Source: Amoebidium appalachense (lineage: Eukaryota; Protista; Ichthyosporea). Taken from it: a stretch of 64,000 nt of DNA. The DNA lies in NCBI GenBank assembly GCA_963693365.1, contig CAVNZM010000007.1, positions 6,817,962 through 6,881,961 of the forward strand, read 5' to 3'. Under the pieces are notes generated by a model. That model was not told where the DNA came from and ran no database searches. It saw only the letters and a program-made list of their open reading frames with translations. A program made the translations under genes and the position numbers. Numbering within the stretch: position 1 is the stretch's first letter; each line of letters starts with the position of its first letter. Shown one piece after another: positions 14,961 through 26,947 of the stretch.

Positions 14961-15723
14961 GGGGGGGGGGGGGGGGGGGGGGGGGTAGCCAGAGTATGAA
15001 TCAAGGAACAGAAGGGTGCCGGCCCGGGGGAGGGGGGAGGGGGGGGGGGGGGGGGGAGGTAATATTAACCTGCAAAGAGGAAGAGTCTGCGAGTTGGCGC
15101 ACAAGACTGCACAGCACACACGGCACGGTGCACAGCTCCCTCAACTGTAGCCCCTCGGGCCCCAGCCGGCCACCACCGAGGCCTACACAAAAGCAAAAAA
15201 AAAAAAAAAAAGCAGGTTTAGATGTTTTTTCTGGACATAATAACCTTACGTAGCAAACTCGTGTTCTGTTCCCTATTTTATAAAGTTCACCACGTCGTCT
15301 GAAATCATCCTTTTTTGGCCAGAGAAGAACACAGTGCCAAAAAACACTAACGGGAGCATGGTTAATACTTATCGGAAACAGAAGAGAAGATCTGCTGATG
15401 TTGCAAAATGCCTGTCTGAGTGTACAATAGCACAGCAAAAATATGTATCCTAACGCCAACATGGCGACACAGAGCATGCACCACTCATAATAAGTGCAAT
15501 CAATCACTAACGTGAGAACAAACTGCTCCAGAAGTGAGCTCAAACCGTCTGGAGCTGGAAAACAAAAGGTGTCCAGCTGCTGTTTCTTGCTAATCAAAAA
15601 TTCCTTTTCTGGTTAGGTTCACTTAGCCTTACGTGAGAATGAAAGCATAGGGTAAAAATTGGGAGAGTACCGATAGATGAGGAAAGAAAGGAAACGACTA
15701 GCGACCGGCGAGGGAGGGGAGGA

Positions 15724-15758
<35 letters not shown>

Positions 15759-15858
15759 AGGAGGGGGGGGGGGGGGGGGGGGAGGGAGGGAGGACAAGCA
15801 CATGCGAGATCCCCGAGCACACACACTGTCCTATCCGGTTGCGTAACTTACCCTCCAT
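8794..15858 (-). CDS. Multi-exon gene for a large uncharacterised protein with Q/H/P-rich and RS-repeat regions; exons 15858-15852 (putative), 13996-13274, 11494-8794
   Basis: TACTAAC...cacag| acceptor at 13996. Donor AAG|gtgggt at 13274 joins in phase 0 to ccacag|GAAGAG at 11494 (PALWK|EECQPLSALG). ORFs 10370-11449 and 8698-10665 overlap and need one frameshift, most simply at the homopolymer near 10741-10752. RSRSRS tract ~9500-9720; donor AAG|gtgggt at 8794. Confidence 0.7.
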
Positions 15859-16057
15859 GATGCTTGCCGCCTAGGTAGACAACGGCCTAACAGTGAGCAA
15901 TATAGCTCGTCTAAGAGCGACGGTATCCATAAATCAACATCGTCAGCCTGAATGCATCTTGTCGATCCTTGAGTTCCCAGTTCCCCAAGGTGCCGTGCGA
16001 AATCTGAATGGAACAAAGAACCGACGCGGCTGTGCAGTAATACCGCCCAAATACACT
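15790..16057 (-). ncRNA. Structured RNA-like repeat, copy 1 (contains ATGGAGG|GTAAGT; ends at a poly(C) run)
   Basis: Aligns with 25582-25820. Substitutions are mostly non-synonymous, a 25-nt length difference breaks frame, and helices are preserved through G-U pairs on the minus strand. Confidence 0.55.
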
Positions 16058-16257
16058 TTACTATGAAGCATTCAAAGTTACAACAAGGAAATCTTGGAAC
16101 CTTTCACGTCTTTGTAAGCTTTCGACAGAACCGTGACAGACTCAGGCTCTCATTCGGGGTCGTAGGCGAAAACAGTGTGAGCACGGCCATCAAGAAACAC
16201 CGTGAGTGATACTACTTGCATATGCGTGTGAATAGGTAAATGGGTAGCCAATCATCG

Positions 16258-16317
16258 GCGGCTCATCAGCCCCTCATCTGATTGGCTCTTGGGTGTATTA
16301 TTTGGCGGGAAAACGCA
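16258..16317. promoter_or_regulatory. CCAAT box plus E2F-like site module, copy 1
   Basis: ctgattggctcttgggtgtattatttggcgggaaaa; near-identical to 32155-32207. TTTGGCGGGAAA matches the E2F consensus. Confidence 0.35.
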
Positions 16318-16731
16318 GACTGATCATGAAGTGAGACTCTGAAACGTTTAGGAGTCCATCTGGATCCGACTCATTTTTGAACCCCGGCCCCCTTCCCCCC
16401 CCTCCTCCCCCCCCCCCCCCCTTCCCCCTCCCCTCCCCTCCTCCCTCCCTCCCCCCCACCCCACCCCCTCCCTTCCCCCCCCCCCCCCCCCCCCCCTCCT
16501 CCCTTCCCCCCCCCCCCCCCCCCTTCCTCCCTTCTTGAACACCCATGGCCAGTGCCACCCACCTGCGGCCACCCACTCACCAACAACCACTACAATCCTA
16601 CGGCCACCCACTCACCGTTGAACAACCACTACAACCACCATACATCCCAAGGATAGATAGGAGAGAGAGTGTGTGTGTGGCCCCCGGGGGAGGGGGGGGG
16701 GGAAGTGGTGGTGGTGGGGGGGGGGGGGGGG

Positions 16732-16780
<49 letters not shown>

Positions 16781-17263
16781 TGGGGCTGGCACCTAATCAA
16801 GTAGCTATGTATTTCAACGTGTCCCTGGGCTAGCTAGTAATATTATTATCGTCGACATTGAATTTCCTTTATTTGGCACGGTATTACAAGCAAAATGTGG
16901 ATTTAGTGCTTTATACCTACCCTCTGAATTTGTATGAACTCGTAAGAGAAAATGCATACGTATACAGAAAATGAACACTGTCAGAGGGTCCCATGGGCTC
17001 TAATATTACAACAACGAAAAAAGACGTAGGATATAGTCCGCACTCAAGCTCAGTCTGTGATTTTCAAATGGGAAGACAAACGTTAACTGCATGGTACAGT
17101 GCCACCTGAAAAGTATATTAATAATAATGTTTGAGTCACGGTGCAATGACTACAGATCATAAACATTATGATCACCTTGCATCGTACATATCGTAACACC
17201 ATCTAACACTAGCAACTCCCTGAAACAACCCCAGAATCCCCCCCCCCCCCCCCCCCTCCCCTC

Positions 17264-17294
<31 letters not shown>

Positions 17295-17356
17295 AAAAAA
17301 AAAAAAAAGAAAAAAGAAAAAGCACACCCACACCCACACCCACACCCACACACGCG

Positions 17357-17459
<103 letters not shown>

Positions 17460-18750
17460 CCCCCCCCCCCCACCACCACCACCACCACCACCCTGCCCCC
17501 TCCCCCTCCTCCCCCCCCCCCCCCCCCCCCCCCCCCCTCCCAAAACAAAGAAAAAAATGGTTTTTAAAAAAAAATAATAAGGGCGAGGGAAAACTAGCCT
17601 ATTGATTAGAAAGTTAAAAAAAGAATTAACACTACTGATGTAAATACGACCGTCTCCTTTTCACGTTACTTGTGTGGGCGCAGAAGCCCCCGCTCCCGTT
17701 CCTTGTCTGCCGATTCTCAAACCCGCACCATCACCATGACCACCCTGCAGCATTATATTAGTTGGGTGAGTGAGGAAACGATATATATAGGTGGTACCCA
17801 CTTCATAGACGGTTGTATTCAGATATACTGAATTCCTACATGCTTAGATTTGCTTTCAACATGGCATTTTAGAACCTACAGCCAAACACATGCACGCATA
17901 TTGAAAATGAGTGAGAGGGAGAGGGGGGGGGGGGGGGGGGGGGGGGGGTTTTGAATGCGTCAAAAAGTACGAAGTACACAAGAACAAACGGATAACACGA
18001 TGCAGAATGCAAGCCATACATAAAGAGTATGCATAATAAGCAGAGCCCATCCTCAGGGGGGGCCCACGTCATCCACAGTACCCGAGTTTCGACCTATTCC
18101 CCTCGTTAACGAAACCCAACTCAGATACTGTTTCACTTGAACATGAGTAGGTCACCCGTCTTGATCAGAGACGAGCAGGGTTGCTTATGCAGGCAAGGGC
18201 AGTGGGAAAGGCCGGGGGTTAAAGTTGCAGCAGTAAGCAGAAGCAAGAAAAATATAGATAGGAACTCAGGAGACGGGGCTTCTAGGAAGCTCCCCCGTCG
18301 ATACCTAAGTCGATACTTCCCTGGCTAACATACTACACCAGCTGAAAAGAATTAAGTCCCGAAGGCCACAGAATTCGTAATCAGAGGGGAAAATATGAGA
18401 TTTGACCCACGCCGCAGGGTAGTAACACGCTTACTAGGGCGGAACTTTATCGTCTTCGAACGGAAAGCTATGCCCCCGGATGTCAGCCGGAAATATGGTA
18501 TCACCCATTGCTTTGGGCTTGAAAAAAGCCAAACCGATAGTCCGAGTTATGTTACGCCGGCGGGTAACATGCCGCATGGGTTCCAAGGGAGCTGTCGCCA
18601 ACAGAGCGGTGTGTGCATGCGTGCGCGTAACGCAATGTGTGAAGTGTGTCTATAGCTATGAAAGGGGGTATGCAGAAGTGGACAGATGAAGTGTGTGGAG
18701 AGAAAAACAGTAAGAAGAAAAGTAGACACCGGTATGTGCAACCCCGCACA

Positions 18751-18785
<35 letters not shown>

Positions 18786-18846
18786 AATAAGCGAAGATTA
18801 CAGGTAATCAACCAGAACAACAAATGACAAGCAAAACAACAGGCGC

Positions 18847-18881
<35 letters not shown>

Positions 18882-18886
18882 AGGAA

Positions 18887-18977
<91 letters not shown>

Positions 18978-19070
18978 GGGAGAGAGGGAGAGAGGGAGAG
19001 AGGAGAGAGAGAGAGAGAAGGTGGGGGGGGGGGGGGGGGGGGAGGGGGGGGGGAGGGGGAGGGGGAGGGG

Positions 19071-19396
19071 GGTCTTAGGGATGCTGCAGAATCGTCAGAT
19101 ATTAGACAAATCGTACCAATACGATCATTCTCTCATATATGTGAGAAGATTGTGACTAACGATGTGCAGATCTGGTTAAGACCTGTTGGGTGTGCAGAGA
19201 AAATGGGAGGGGAAGGAGGAGGGAAAGGGGGAGGGGGGGGGGGGGGGGGGGAAGTAAGAGAGGGGAGGGAATGTTAGAGTGTCAGTAGTCTCAGGGGACC
19301 CTGCAGAGTCGTTAGATGTCAGACAAAAACGCACCAACGACCAAGTTCTCCGAGGGGAGAAATGCGTAAAACGTTCTGCAGAGTGGGTTAGAGACC
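19071..19396 (-). repeat. Two diverged ~110-nt copies (19071-19183, 19287-19396) of a multi-stem motif
   Basis: Shared order of complementary segments: ggtctta/taagacc vs gtctc/gagac; ctgca/tgcag; ttctc/gagaa vs ttctcc/ggagaa; atcgt/acgat vs gtcgtt/aacgac. Confidence 0.7.
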
Positions 19397-19506
19397 TGCT
19401 GATGAGAAGAGTGTATACAGGGTTTGGCCAGGGGGGGGGGGGGGGGGGGAAGGGGGGGGGAAAAAGAAGGTAGGAGGGGAAGGGGGGGGGGGGGGGAGGA
19501 GAAGGG

Positions 19507-19539
<33 letters not shown>

Positions 19540-19553
19540 AAAAAAAAAAAAAA

Positions 19554-19601
<48 letters not shown>

Positions 19602-19626
19602 GGGAAGGGAGGGGAGGGAGGGAGGG

Positions 19627-19661
<35 letters not shown>

Positions 19662-20020
19662 CTGTGGTGGACAGATCAGAGACGAGACCTCCATTTCAAA
19701 ACTTACCAGGCAACCCAAAAAACCTAGCCGGCTGAGAAAGAAGAACGGCGGGGGAATTGTTTGGGAAAAGGAGCGGGGGGGAGAGAGAGAGAGGGGGGGG
19801 GGGGGGGGGGGGGGGGAGGGGAAGGGGGGGGAGAGGGGGGAGAGAGGGGGAGAGGGAGAGAGAGAGAGAGGGAGGGAGAGAACGAGAGAGAACGAAAGAG
19901 AGCGAGAGAGGGAGACAGAGAGAGAGAGAGGGAGGGAGAGAGAGGGAGAGGGAGAGAGAGAGGGAGAGAGAGAGGGAGGGGGGGGGGGAGGGGGGGGGGG
20001 GGGAGGTGTAGGGGCTGGTA

Positions 20021-20057
<37 letters not shown>

Positions 20058-20076
20058 ACCGGGATAGAGTGGGGGA

Positions 20077-20991
20077 CTAGGGAGTGTTGATCTTTTTAGT
20101 GATGATGGAGAGTATGTGAGAGGAGTGAACGCCACGGTATATGTGCGGGTGTGTGGCGAGAAAGCTGTGCATTTTGTGGTGCAAGAGTCTAAACGAGTAG
20201 CCTTTGTTAAGCAATGTTTTAGCAAGTCGTGCAGTGCATGTGGTGAATGCAGCAAGTGTGGAGCATTTGCGCTGGTAGCTATGCATTTGACTTGTCATGA
20301 TGCCGTATTTTGCAGTGCGGGAGATGAATGAGTCGTGATGTGGGAAACGAACGATGTCTAGTGTATTGAACGTGGGTGTGTCGAGCTTGTTGTAGATGGT
20401 TGTGTGAATGCCGTGATTAGTGCAGGTGATATGCAAGTCGAGGTAGGGGACAGAGGGGGAGGAACCGGCAGGGTTGAGTTGAAGGCTGGTCTTGGGATAT
20501 AGACCGAAATCACAATCTTCTAAATAGAGGTGGGAGAGAATGCGAGGATTATGAAGGGAGATCAAATCATCTATGTAGCGGCGAGTAAACTGAAAATCTA
20601 CCAAGACATCAATGCGTTCGTGTGCAATAAGCTTGCGAACAAAATCCAACTCATAAGTAAAGAGATAGAAATTAGCCAAGAAAACAGCACAGTTTGTACC
20701 CATGGGGATACCAATGTCCTGTTTGTAGAGGGTATCGCCAAACACAACATATATGTTATCTACGAGGAAACATAGAAAATCCACAAGCTGTGCCTTAGAG
20801 AGATGTAGAGAGTGTTCTTTAGGCTCAAAGGAATCATCCTGGGAATCATCATCTACACGATCCACCCAGGACAACGTGGAGCCGGTTTTCTTAATAAACA
20901 TGTGTGGTTTGCGAGCGTCCGTGCATTTTTTGACAAATATTGCGTCAATCAGTGTAGTGAGGCGAGCTTTCAAATCATGCAAGTCAATCTT
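20077..20991 (-). CDS. Penelope-like reverse transcriptase, C-terminal half (palm and thumb); no C-terminal GIY-YIG
   Basis: Motifs DNIYVVFGDTLYKQDIGIPMGTNCAVFLANFYLFTYE, RRYIDDL, VPYLDL and KYGIMTSQMHSYQRKCS are typical of PLE RTs. Confidence 0.9.
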   Translation of the reverse strand, partial: KIDLHDLKARLTTLIDAIFVKKCTDARKPHMFIKKTGSTLSWVDRVDDDSQDDSFEPKEHSLHLSKAQLVDFLCFLVDNIYVVFGDTLYKQDIGIPMGTNCAVFLANFYLFTYELDFVRKLIAHERIDVLVDFQFTRRYIDDLISLHNPRILSHLYLEDCDFGLYPKTSLQLNPAGSSPSVPYLDLHITCTNHGIHTTIYNKLDTPTFNTLDIVRFPHHDSFISRTAKYGIMTSQMHSYQRKCSTLAAFTTCTARLAKTLLNKGYSFRLLHHKMHSFLATHPHIYRGVHSSHILSIITKKINTP

Positions 20992-21398
20992 GGGGGGGGG
21001 GGGGGGGGGGGGAAAGAGAGAGCAAGGAAGGGAGGGAGGGAGGGAGGGAGGGAGGGACGGGGGTGGCAGAACGGGGGAGAGGGAGAGAGAGAGATTCCGA
21101 GTAGGAGATAAGGAGAAAAAGGAAAAAAGAAGGAGGGAAGGAGGGGGGGGGGGGGGGGGGGGGGGGAGGGGGGGGGGGGGGAAGGAGGGAGGGAGGGAGG
21201 GAAGGAGTATGTGCGCATGGGTGTGGACGGGGGGACGGGTCGGGAAGGAGGGGAGGAGGGGGGAGGGGGGGGGGGGGGGGGGGGGAGGAGGGGGGATGGA
21301 GAGAGAAACATGTTAAGCGTGTGTAAACCAGTATATGTGGTTGTGTTGTTGTTGTTGTTGCTGTGGGCACGCGTGCGCGCGCACATGTGTGTGGGTGT

Positions 21399-21430
<32 letters not shown>

Positions 21431-21807
21431 CAATGTACGACTTTTGGCGGTTGGAAAACCTGAAGCAACTTTCACAAGCAACCCACAGAGCAGAAAGACA
21501 AACGAGAAACCAAACACGTGCATGTACACGCGTGCGTGAAAGAGTGTGGTGGTGGTAGGATGAGCAGGTAAAGGGGGTTGGGGGTGGTGGGAAGTGGGGT
21601 GTATGTGGTGTGTGCGTGTGTGTTTGGGGGGGGGGGGGGGGGGAGGGGGGAGGTTAGAAACTCCCGTGTGTTACAGGTCGGGGGGGGGGGGGGGGGGGGT
21701 AGGTAGGTGGGTGGGGGGAAGAAATGGGGGAGGGGGGAAGGGAAAAGGGGGGAGGGTGGAAGGGAAAAGGCAGGGGGGGGGGGGGGGGGGGGGGGGGTTG
21801 TTACCGG

Positions 21808-23714
21808 CTAAGGAGCTTGTCTCCTCCGAATTGCTGTGTTCAGGTCAGCAATGTGCCGTGCTTGCTCCCTCTCCTCTGGGTTATAACTCCGGCTATGCAT
21901 GCTGACTGAGTCGATCACGATATTGGGGCACAAAAACAGGGCGGAAATATCGATTTTGGATGAAAAAATGGTCACCTCGCACAGGCTCCCGTTACCTGCG
22001 AAACAGTCGAGCATCCCTACTTTATCCACATTAACGAGCGTTAGTGATTGGATGGTTGTTATTTGTGCCAGTACACTAATGTCTTCTAATTGTTCGCAAC
22101 GGTCAAGGTTCATATGGGTCAGGGCTCCGGCCGAAGCGGGAACGCAACCGAACGAACGGAGCCAGATGCATCCCTCTACGCTCAGCGTTCGAAGAGTTGG
22201 GCTGATGAGCGAGAAAAAAGTGGTGCCACCGAGGCCGGATAACTCAATGCGGATTAGAGAGGGAGGTAGGCATAAGGTTCATGTCTGTATGGAAAATGCT
22301 TTCCGTAATCGTTAAATCTTCAAGCGCGTTGCAGAGAGGAAGAAAGCTATAGGATGGGTCGTTCAAGAATGGGGTTGTGTCCAAAACTAACTTCCTAAGG
22401 TGCTTGTGCTCTGATGACAACCTAATGCATGCTACAAAATACACCCGTGTAAGAGATAGAACGGCAAGGTAAGGTTGTAAATCCAGATTCAACTCGTTTC
22501 CTCCCCATTCAACACATGGCTCACAGTCACAATCAGTAAGCGTAATACTGGCAAGTGCCACAAAGGGTGCGAGCACGTCAAGTCGCACGCCAGAAGCGCG
22601 AGGATTTGTAAGCGCGAGGGATTTCAGCGTTTGCATTTGGGACGGTATTAAAGTTTCCATGTCAAACGACGCACCCCACACAGAAATGTCAACCGATCGC
22701 GAGGTTAGCTGCTGCGATTGAAAATCGGGTACCCTACACTCGATAAACCCGGTGCAGTACAGACTAACTCGGCGTAACCGCGGACACTCCGCAAATATCT
22801 CCGCATCCACATCTGCCCACACGTTCAACTCACACCTCCACGCTAGGGAGCATGGGAATCACGAACACCTCGTTTCCGTTGTTCCCCGCCTCGACTTTAA
22901 CGTGGGTGAGGTTGGCACAATTTTGCAGCAGTTGCAGGTCGTAGAAAACACCGTCTGGTAGGTGGAAAACTATTCGCTCGAGGTTTCGGCACGCTGAGAC
23001 GAATTCCCCCAGGAACTCACCGCCCATATCGTCAAACTTCAGTCGTTTTATGCTCCCGTTCGGTGCAAGTGGTGATTGTTGGAAACCCGGAAGCGCGTTG
23101 AAGCCCAAGACCACCTCCATCCAACTCTTCCATCCGCGTGCATTTTTGCATAAATGTATCGACCAATCGCCAGGACGTTTTAAAAGAAGCGATGTTCATA
23201 TTATCAATATTATCAAAGTTATACACCGTAAGCGTTACAGCCCTCAGTTTCGTTCCGATGGTTTCAACCAACGACGTAAACAGCCGCTCCCAAAATGTAC
23301 CATGTCTCACATCCCACACGATATGAAGGGACTCCGCATTCGAAAGTAGCTGAACCTTGTCTAAGGCAGCGAGAAATGTTTCTTTTTGCCGCAGCAGCAT
23401 TTCACTCATCGGATAACTTCTTAGCGTCACCGTCCCAATCCTTCGTTCCATGGTGTGTGTATGGCAAACGCATCACCCATGCCCCCGTCACGATTGTCAC
23501 CAAACGAGATTTCAAACAGCCCGGAGTGGGGCGACCGTGCCAGGGCGCAGAGGCGACGGCTGACCAGCGAAGTTGTCTTGCGGTCACCCAGAGGAAGAAA
23601 ATGGATGAGGTGTGTGATGAGCTCGGGCGGGAGGGCCAGAGGCGGGCTATGGCCTGAAGAGGGCATAAGTGTTAGAAACTGAAGGCGCAGGCGGGGTGGG
23701 GCGGGGGGCCAGGG

Positions 23715-23782
<68 letters not shown>

Positions 23783-24079
23783 TGCACAAACACAGTGGCC
23801 ATGAGATAGGCAATAGAAAGAACGAATAGAACAATTTATCTATGCATACAATGTGTTAGTGCTTGCATGTGTGCGCACGTGGATGTGTGTGCCGCGAGAT
23901 TGTGTGTGTGTATGTGTTTGTGTGTGTGTGTGTGTGTGTGTGGGACGGGAGAGGGGGGGTATGTCCACGTGTATGTGTGTGTGTGTGTGCGCGCGCGCAC
24001 GCTGCGTGCGTGCACGCACGCACGCACGTGCGTGTGTGCGTGTGTGTGTGCGCGCGCACGTGTGTGTGTGTGTGTGTGC

Positions 24080-24132
<53 letters not shown>

Positions 24133-24383
24133 CGCGCGCGTGCGCCTACGTGCGCGTGTGAGTGTCCGTGTGCGCGGGCGCGCACAACAACAGTTCAATG
24201 CAAATCGCACAGCAGGACATGTACTGATATACAAAACCAGCCTGCAGTCATTGTCCATCATACGCAGAAGTGAACTAAGATGTGTCCATCCACAGTGTTC
24301 AAGACTCCACCTAATCTTCCAGCTAACAAAACCCAACCCATACAGCAATTCAATTGAGCTCCATGATGGAGGGACGAGGGGAA

Positions 24384-24457
<74 letters not shown>

Positions 24458-24791
24458 CAAGAGCGCCCGCAATACATGTGTGGCATTAGTATGCAGGGAT
24501 GCGAGAGAGCAAATATGCTTAATCGTGAGTGTTTTGTGCAGTGCGCATGAATGTGTTTCTGTTCGTGTCAGAGTACGGTGTTTGTGTGTATGTAATTCTG
24601 CTCAGGTTAGTATATGGGGTATTTGTGCATGCTCACATTGTTGTTTGAACAAGTATGTGTGTGTGTACGTGTATGTGTATGTGTATGTGCATGTGTGTGG
24701 GTGGGCTTGGACGTTGAGTGGGGTGGGAGGCGTGGTTGTGCTCTGAGGGAGGGTGGACACTTGCACGGCAGGAAAGGCTAAGAGTGACGGA

Positions 24792-24852
<61 letters not shown>

Positions 24853-24986
24853 TGGTGTGTGTGTATGAGAGTGAGTGCAAGCAAAGAAGAGGGAGAGGGA
24901 GAGATAGATGGAGAGGGGAGTAGATAGAGAGAAGGACGGACGGCTGGAGATAAGACGCTTGCATCACACACACACACACACATACT

Positions 24987-25055
<69 letters not shown>

Positions 25056-25649
25056 GCAGCATATATGTATGTGGGGAGAGAGAGGGAGGAAGGGAAAGGG
25101 GGGAGGGGAGAGAGAGGAGGGGGGGGGGGGGGAGAGGGGAGAGAGAGAGAGAAGGGGACAGAGGAGAATGGGGGGGGGGGGGGGGGGGGGGGACAGAGAG
25201 GGAGTTACAGACCGATAGAGAGAGAGAGAGTAACAGAGAAGAGAGGGTAAGAGAATGGAAGTGGAGAGAGATAGAGAGAGAGAGTGCGTGTGTGTATCTG
25301 TGTGTAATAAAGAGGGGGAGGGGCAAAGGGGGGAAGAATGGAGGAACAGGCAGGGAGGGTGTAAGGGAGGGTGAGAGGGAGGCAATTGGGAGAGGGGGTA
25401 ACCGGGGAGGAGAAAAAGGGAGGGTAGGAGTGGGGGGAGGGAGGGAGGGAGGAAAAAAGCAAAACAAAGCAGTTGAGTAGATGCTGGAAGAGCGCGAGGC
25501 TAGAGCGCAGGGAAGTGGGCCGTGAGGAAAAAATGGGAACCGGGCAGGGCTGGGGGGGGGGGGGGGGGGGGGGGCAGGGGGCAGACATGCACGCTCAAGA
25601 TCTAACTGTACACACACTTTCGCTCACCAGTACGTAACTTACCCTCCAT
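21808..25649 (-). pseudogene. F-box/leucine-rich-repeat protein gene with four frameshifts (pseudogene or assembly indels); main exon 23653-21808, putative first mini-exon 25649-25643
   Basis: F-box LALPPELITHLIHFLPLGDRKTTSLVSRRL, then LRR-like segments (CRNLERI, CANLTHV, CPRLRRV, CNALEDL, RCEQLEDISVL) across consecutive ORFs. Shifts near 23455, 23120, 22832 and 22258. Confidence 0.8.
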
Positions 25650-25820
25650 GTTGCTTGCATAGGTAGACAAAGACCTGATGTTGAGCAACATTCCTCGTAT
25701 AAGAGCGATAGTCTCCATAGGTTGACAACGTCAGCCTGAACCAAAGTTGAAGCGAAACCATCACGGGATCGACACCAACACAGCCGACGCGGCTATGCAG
25801 CAATATTGCTCAGCTGCACT
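25582..25820 (-). ncRNA. Structured RNA-like repeat, copy 2 (contains ATGGAGG|GTAAGT; ends at a poly(C) run)
   Basis: Homologous to 15790-16057. Helices gtgcagc/gctgcat, tgagcaata/tgttgctca and cgtcggct/ggctgacg. Confidence 0.55.
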
Positions 25821-26053
25821 ATGCACACTCTAAGCTACGTGCACATGTTGGAGATTATCGTGTCCAGCTTTTTCTTTGACTGCTAACCGGTTGCAGGTTT
25901 CGAAACACGCGGTGCTAATTAACACGCAGTGAAAAAACGATGGAAAAACGGGGGTTGCTAAGGAATATGCATTTGATTTTTGTGGAGCGAAGAGAAAAAC
26001 GTTGGTGCTGTGGCTTTTTGGCTGAGTTTTTTGCTTCCCTCTATGACATGCAG

Positions 26054-26888
26054 CGCGGCTTCATGCAAAGGCACTCGGTGAAGGGGTTGAGATTGTGCCC
26101 CGGCGGGGCCCACATGCTGCAGCAGCCACCGGGGTGGTGCTGGCTGTGCAGCCGGAGCGCTGGGGGGGCATGAAGGTGGGCAAGAAGCATGCAGTGGTGC
26201 GGGTGGATCAGGTGCTGTCGCCGGCCATGCAGGTGCCCTTTGGCCCCGACAAGGGCAAGACCCTGGGAGAGCTGGGCCCGCCGCCCTTTGAGCTGATGGT
26301 GCACCTGCAGTGGCTACGGCCCATTCAGCCCCCACCGGACCCAGGTGCCGAGGTGCCGGTGGTCCCTGACCCAGCCCCTCCCCCTGCCGAGCAGCAGCAA
26401 CCCCTTGCCGGCCCACAGGCACCCCCCCAGGACCCCCAGGCAGCCCCGGGGGGCCTTGAGGCAGCCCCAGGGGGACCCGAGGCAGCTCCCAGAGAGGGCA
26501 TGTTGGGCCAGGCACCGCCTGGGGAGGTGGTGTGGCAGACTGTGCTGAATGACGCCTTCCACTCCATTGCAAACACGGCGGACGGCACGTACAAGTCACA
26601 CCCCCGCAGGGCTGAGTACGCACGCGCACTCAGCGAGGCAATGTTTGTGTGGAATGAAGAGGATTACGGACATGTGAAGGTGCCCCCCCCCCCCCTCCCC
26701 CCCCCCCAAAATAAAAAATAAAAAATAAAAATAAAAAAAACGGCAACAACAACATGCGTGACTGACGCGCACACACACATACACTCGTTAGCACACACTC
26801 ACCATTCCACCCACAACCATGCACACCTTCGACAAAACTTCTGAGGGAAGAGAGAGAGCCTGAGCCTCAGAGAGAGGGGGGGGGGCAA

Positions 26889-26947
<59 letters not shown>

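Larger units (their letters stand above)
17949..20991 (-). mobile_element. 5'-truncated Penelope-like retroelement (Naiad/Chlamys-type RT) bounded by poly(C) tracts
   Basis: The RT frame begins abruptly at a C-run (C)n-AAGATTGAC (KIDLHDLKARL) at 20991. Structured 3' segments follow. The segment 17949-18073 recurs elsewhere in the window and ends at a C-run. The 3' extent is inferred. Confidence 0.65.

Noticed and set aside
15843-15860. U1 snRNA 5' end (AACTTACC on the plus strand)
   Set aside because: No U1 stem-loops or Sm site follow; better explained as the complement of a minus-strand splice donor.
15831-16016. Protein-coding reading of the duplicated element (QADDVDLWIPSLL...)
   Set aside because: Differences between copies are mostly non-synonymous, a 25-nt length difference breaks frame, and copy 2 has an in-frame stop. 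Not fully excluded, because this frame would join exon 13996 in phase 0.
17028-17041. Group I intron S-like motif GATATAGTCC
   Set aside because: No matching R element or core helices nearby.
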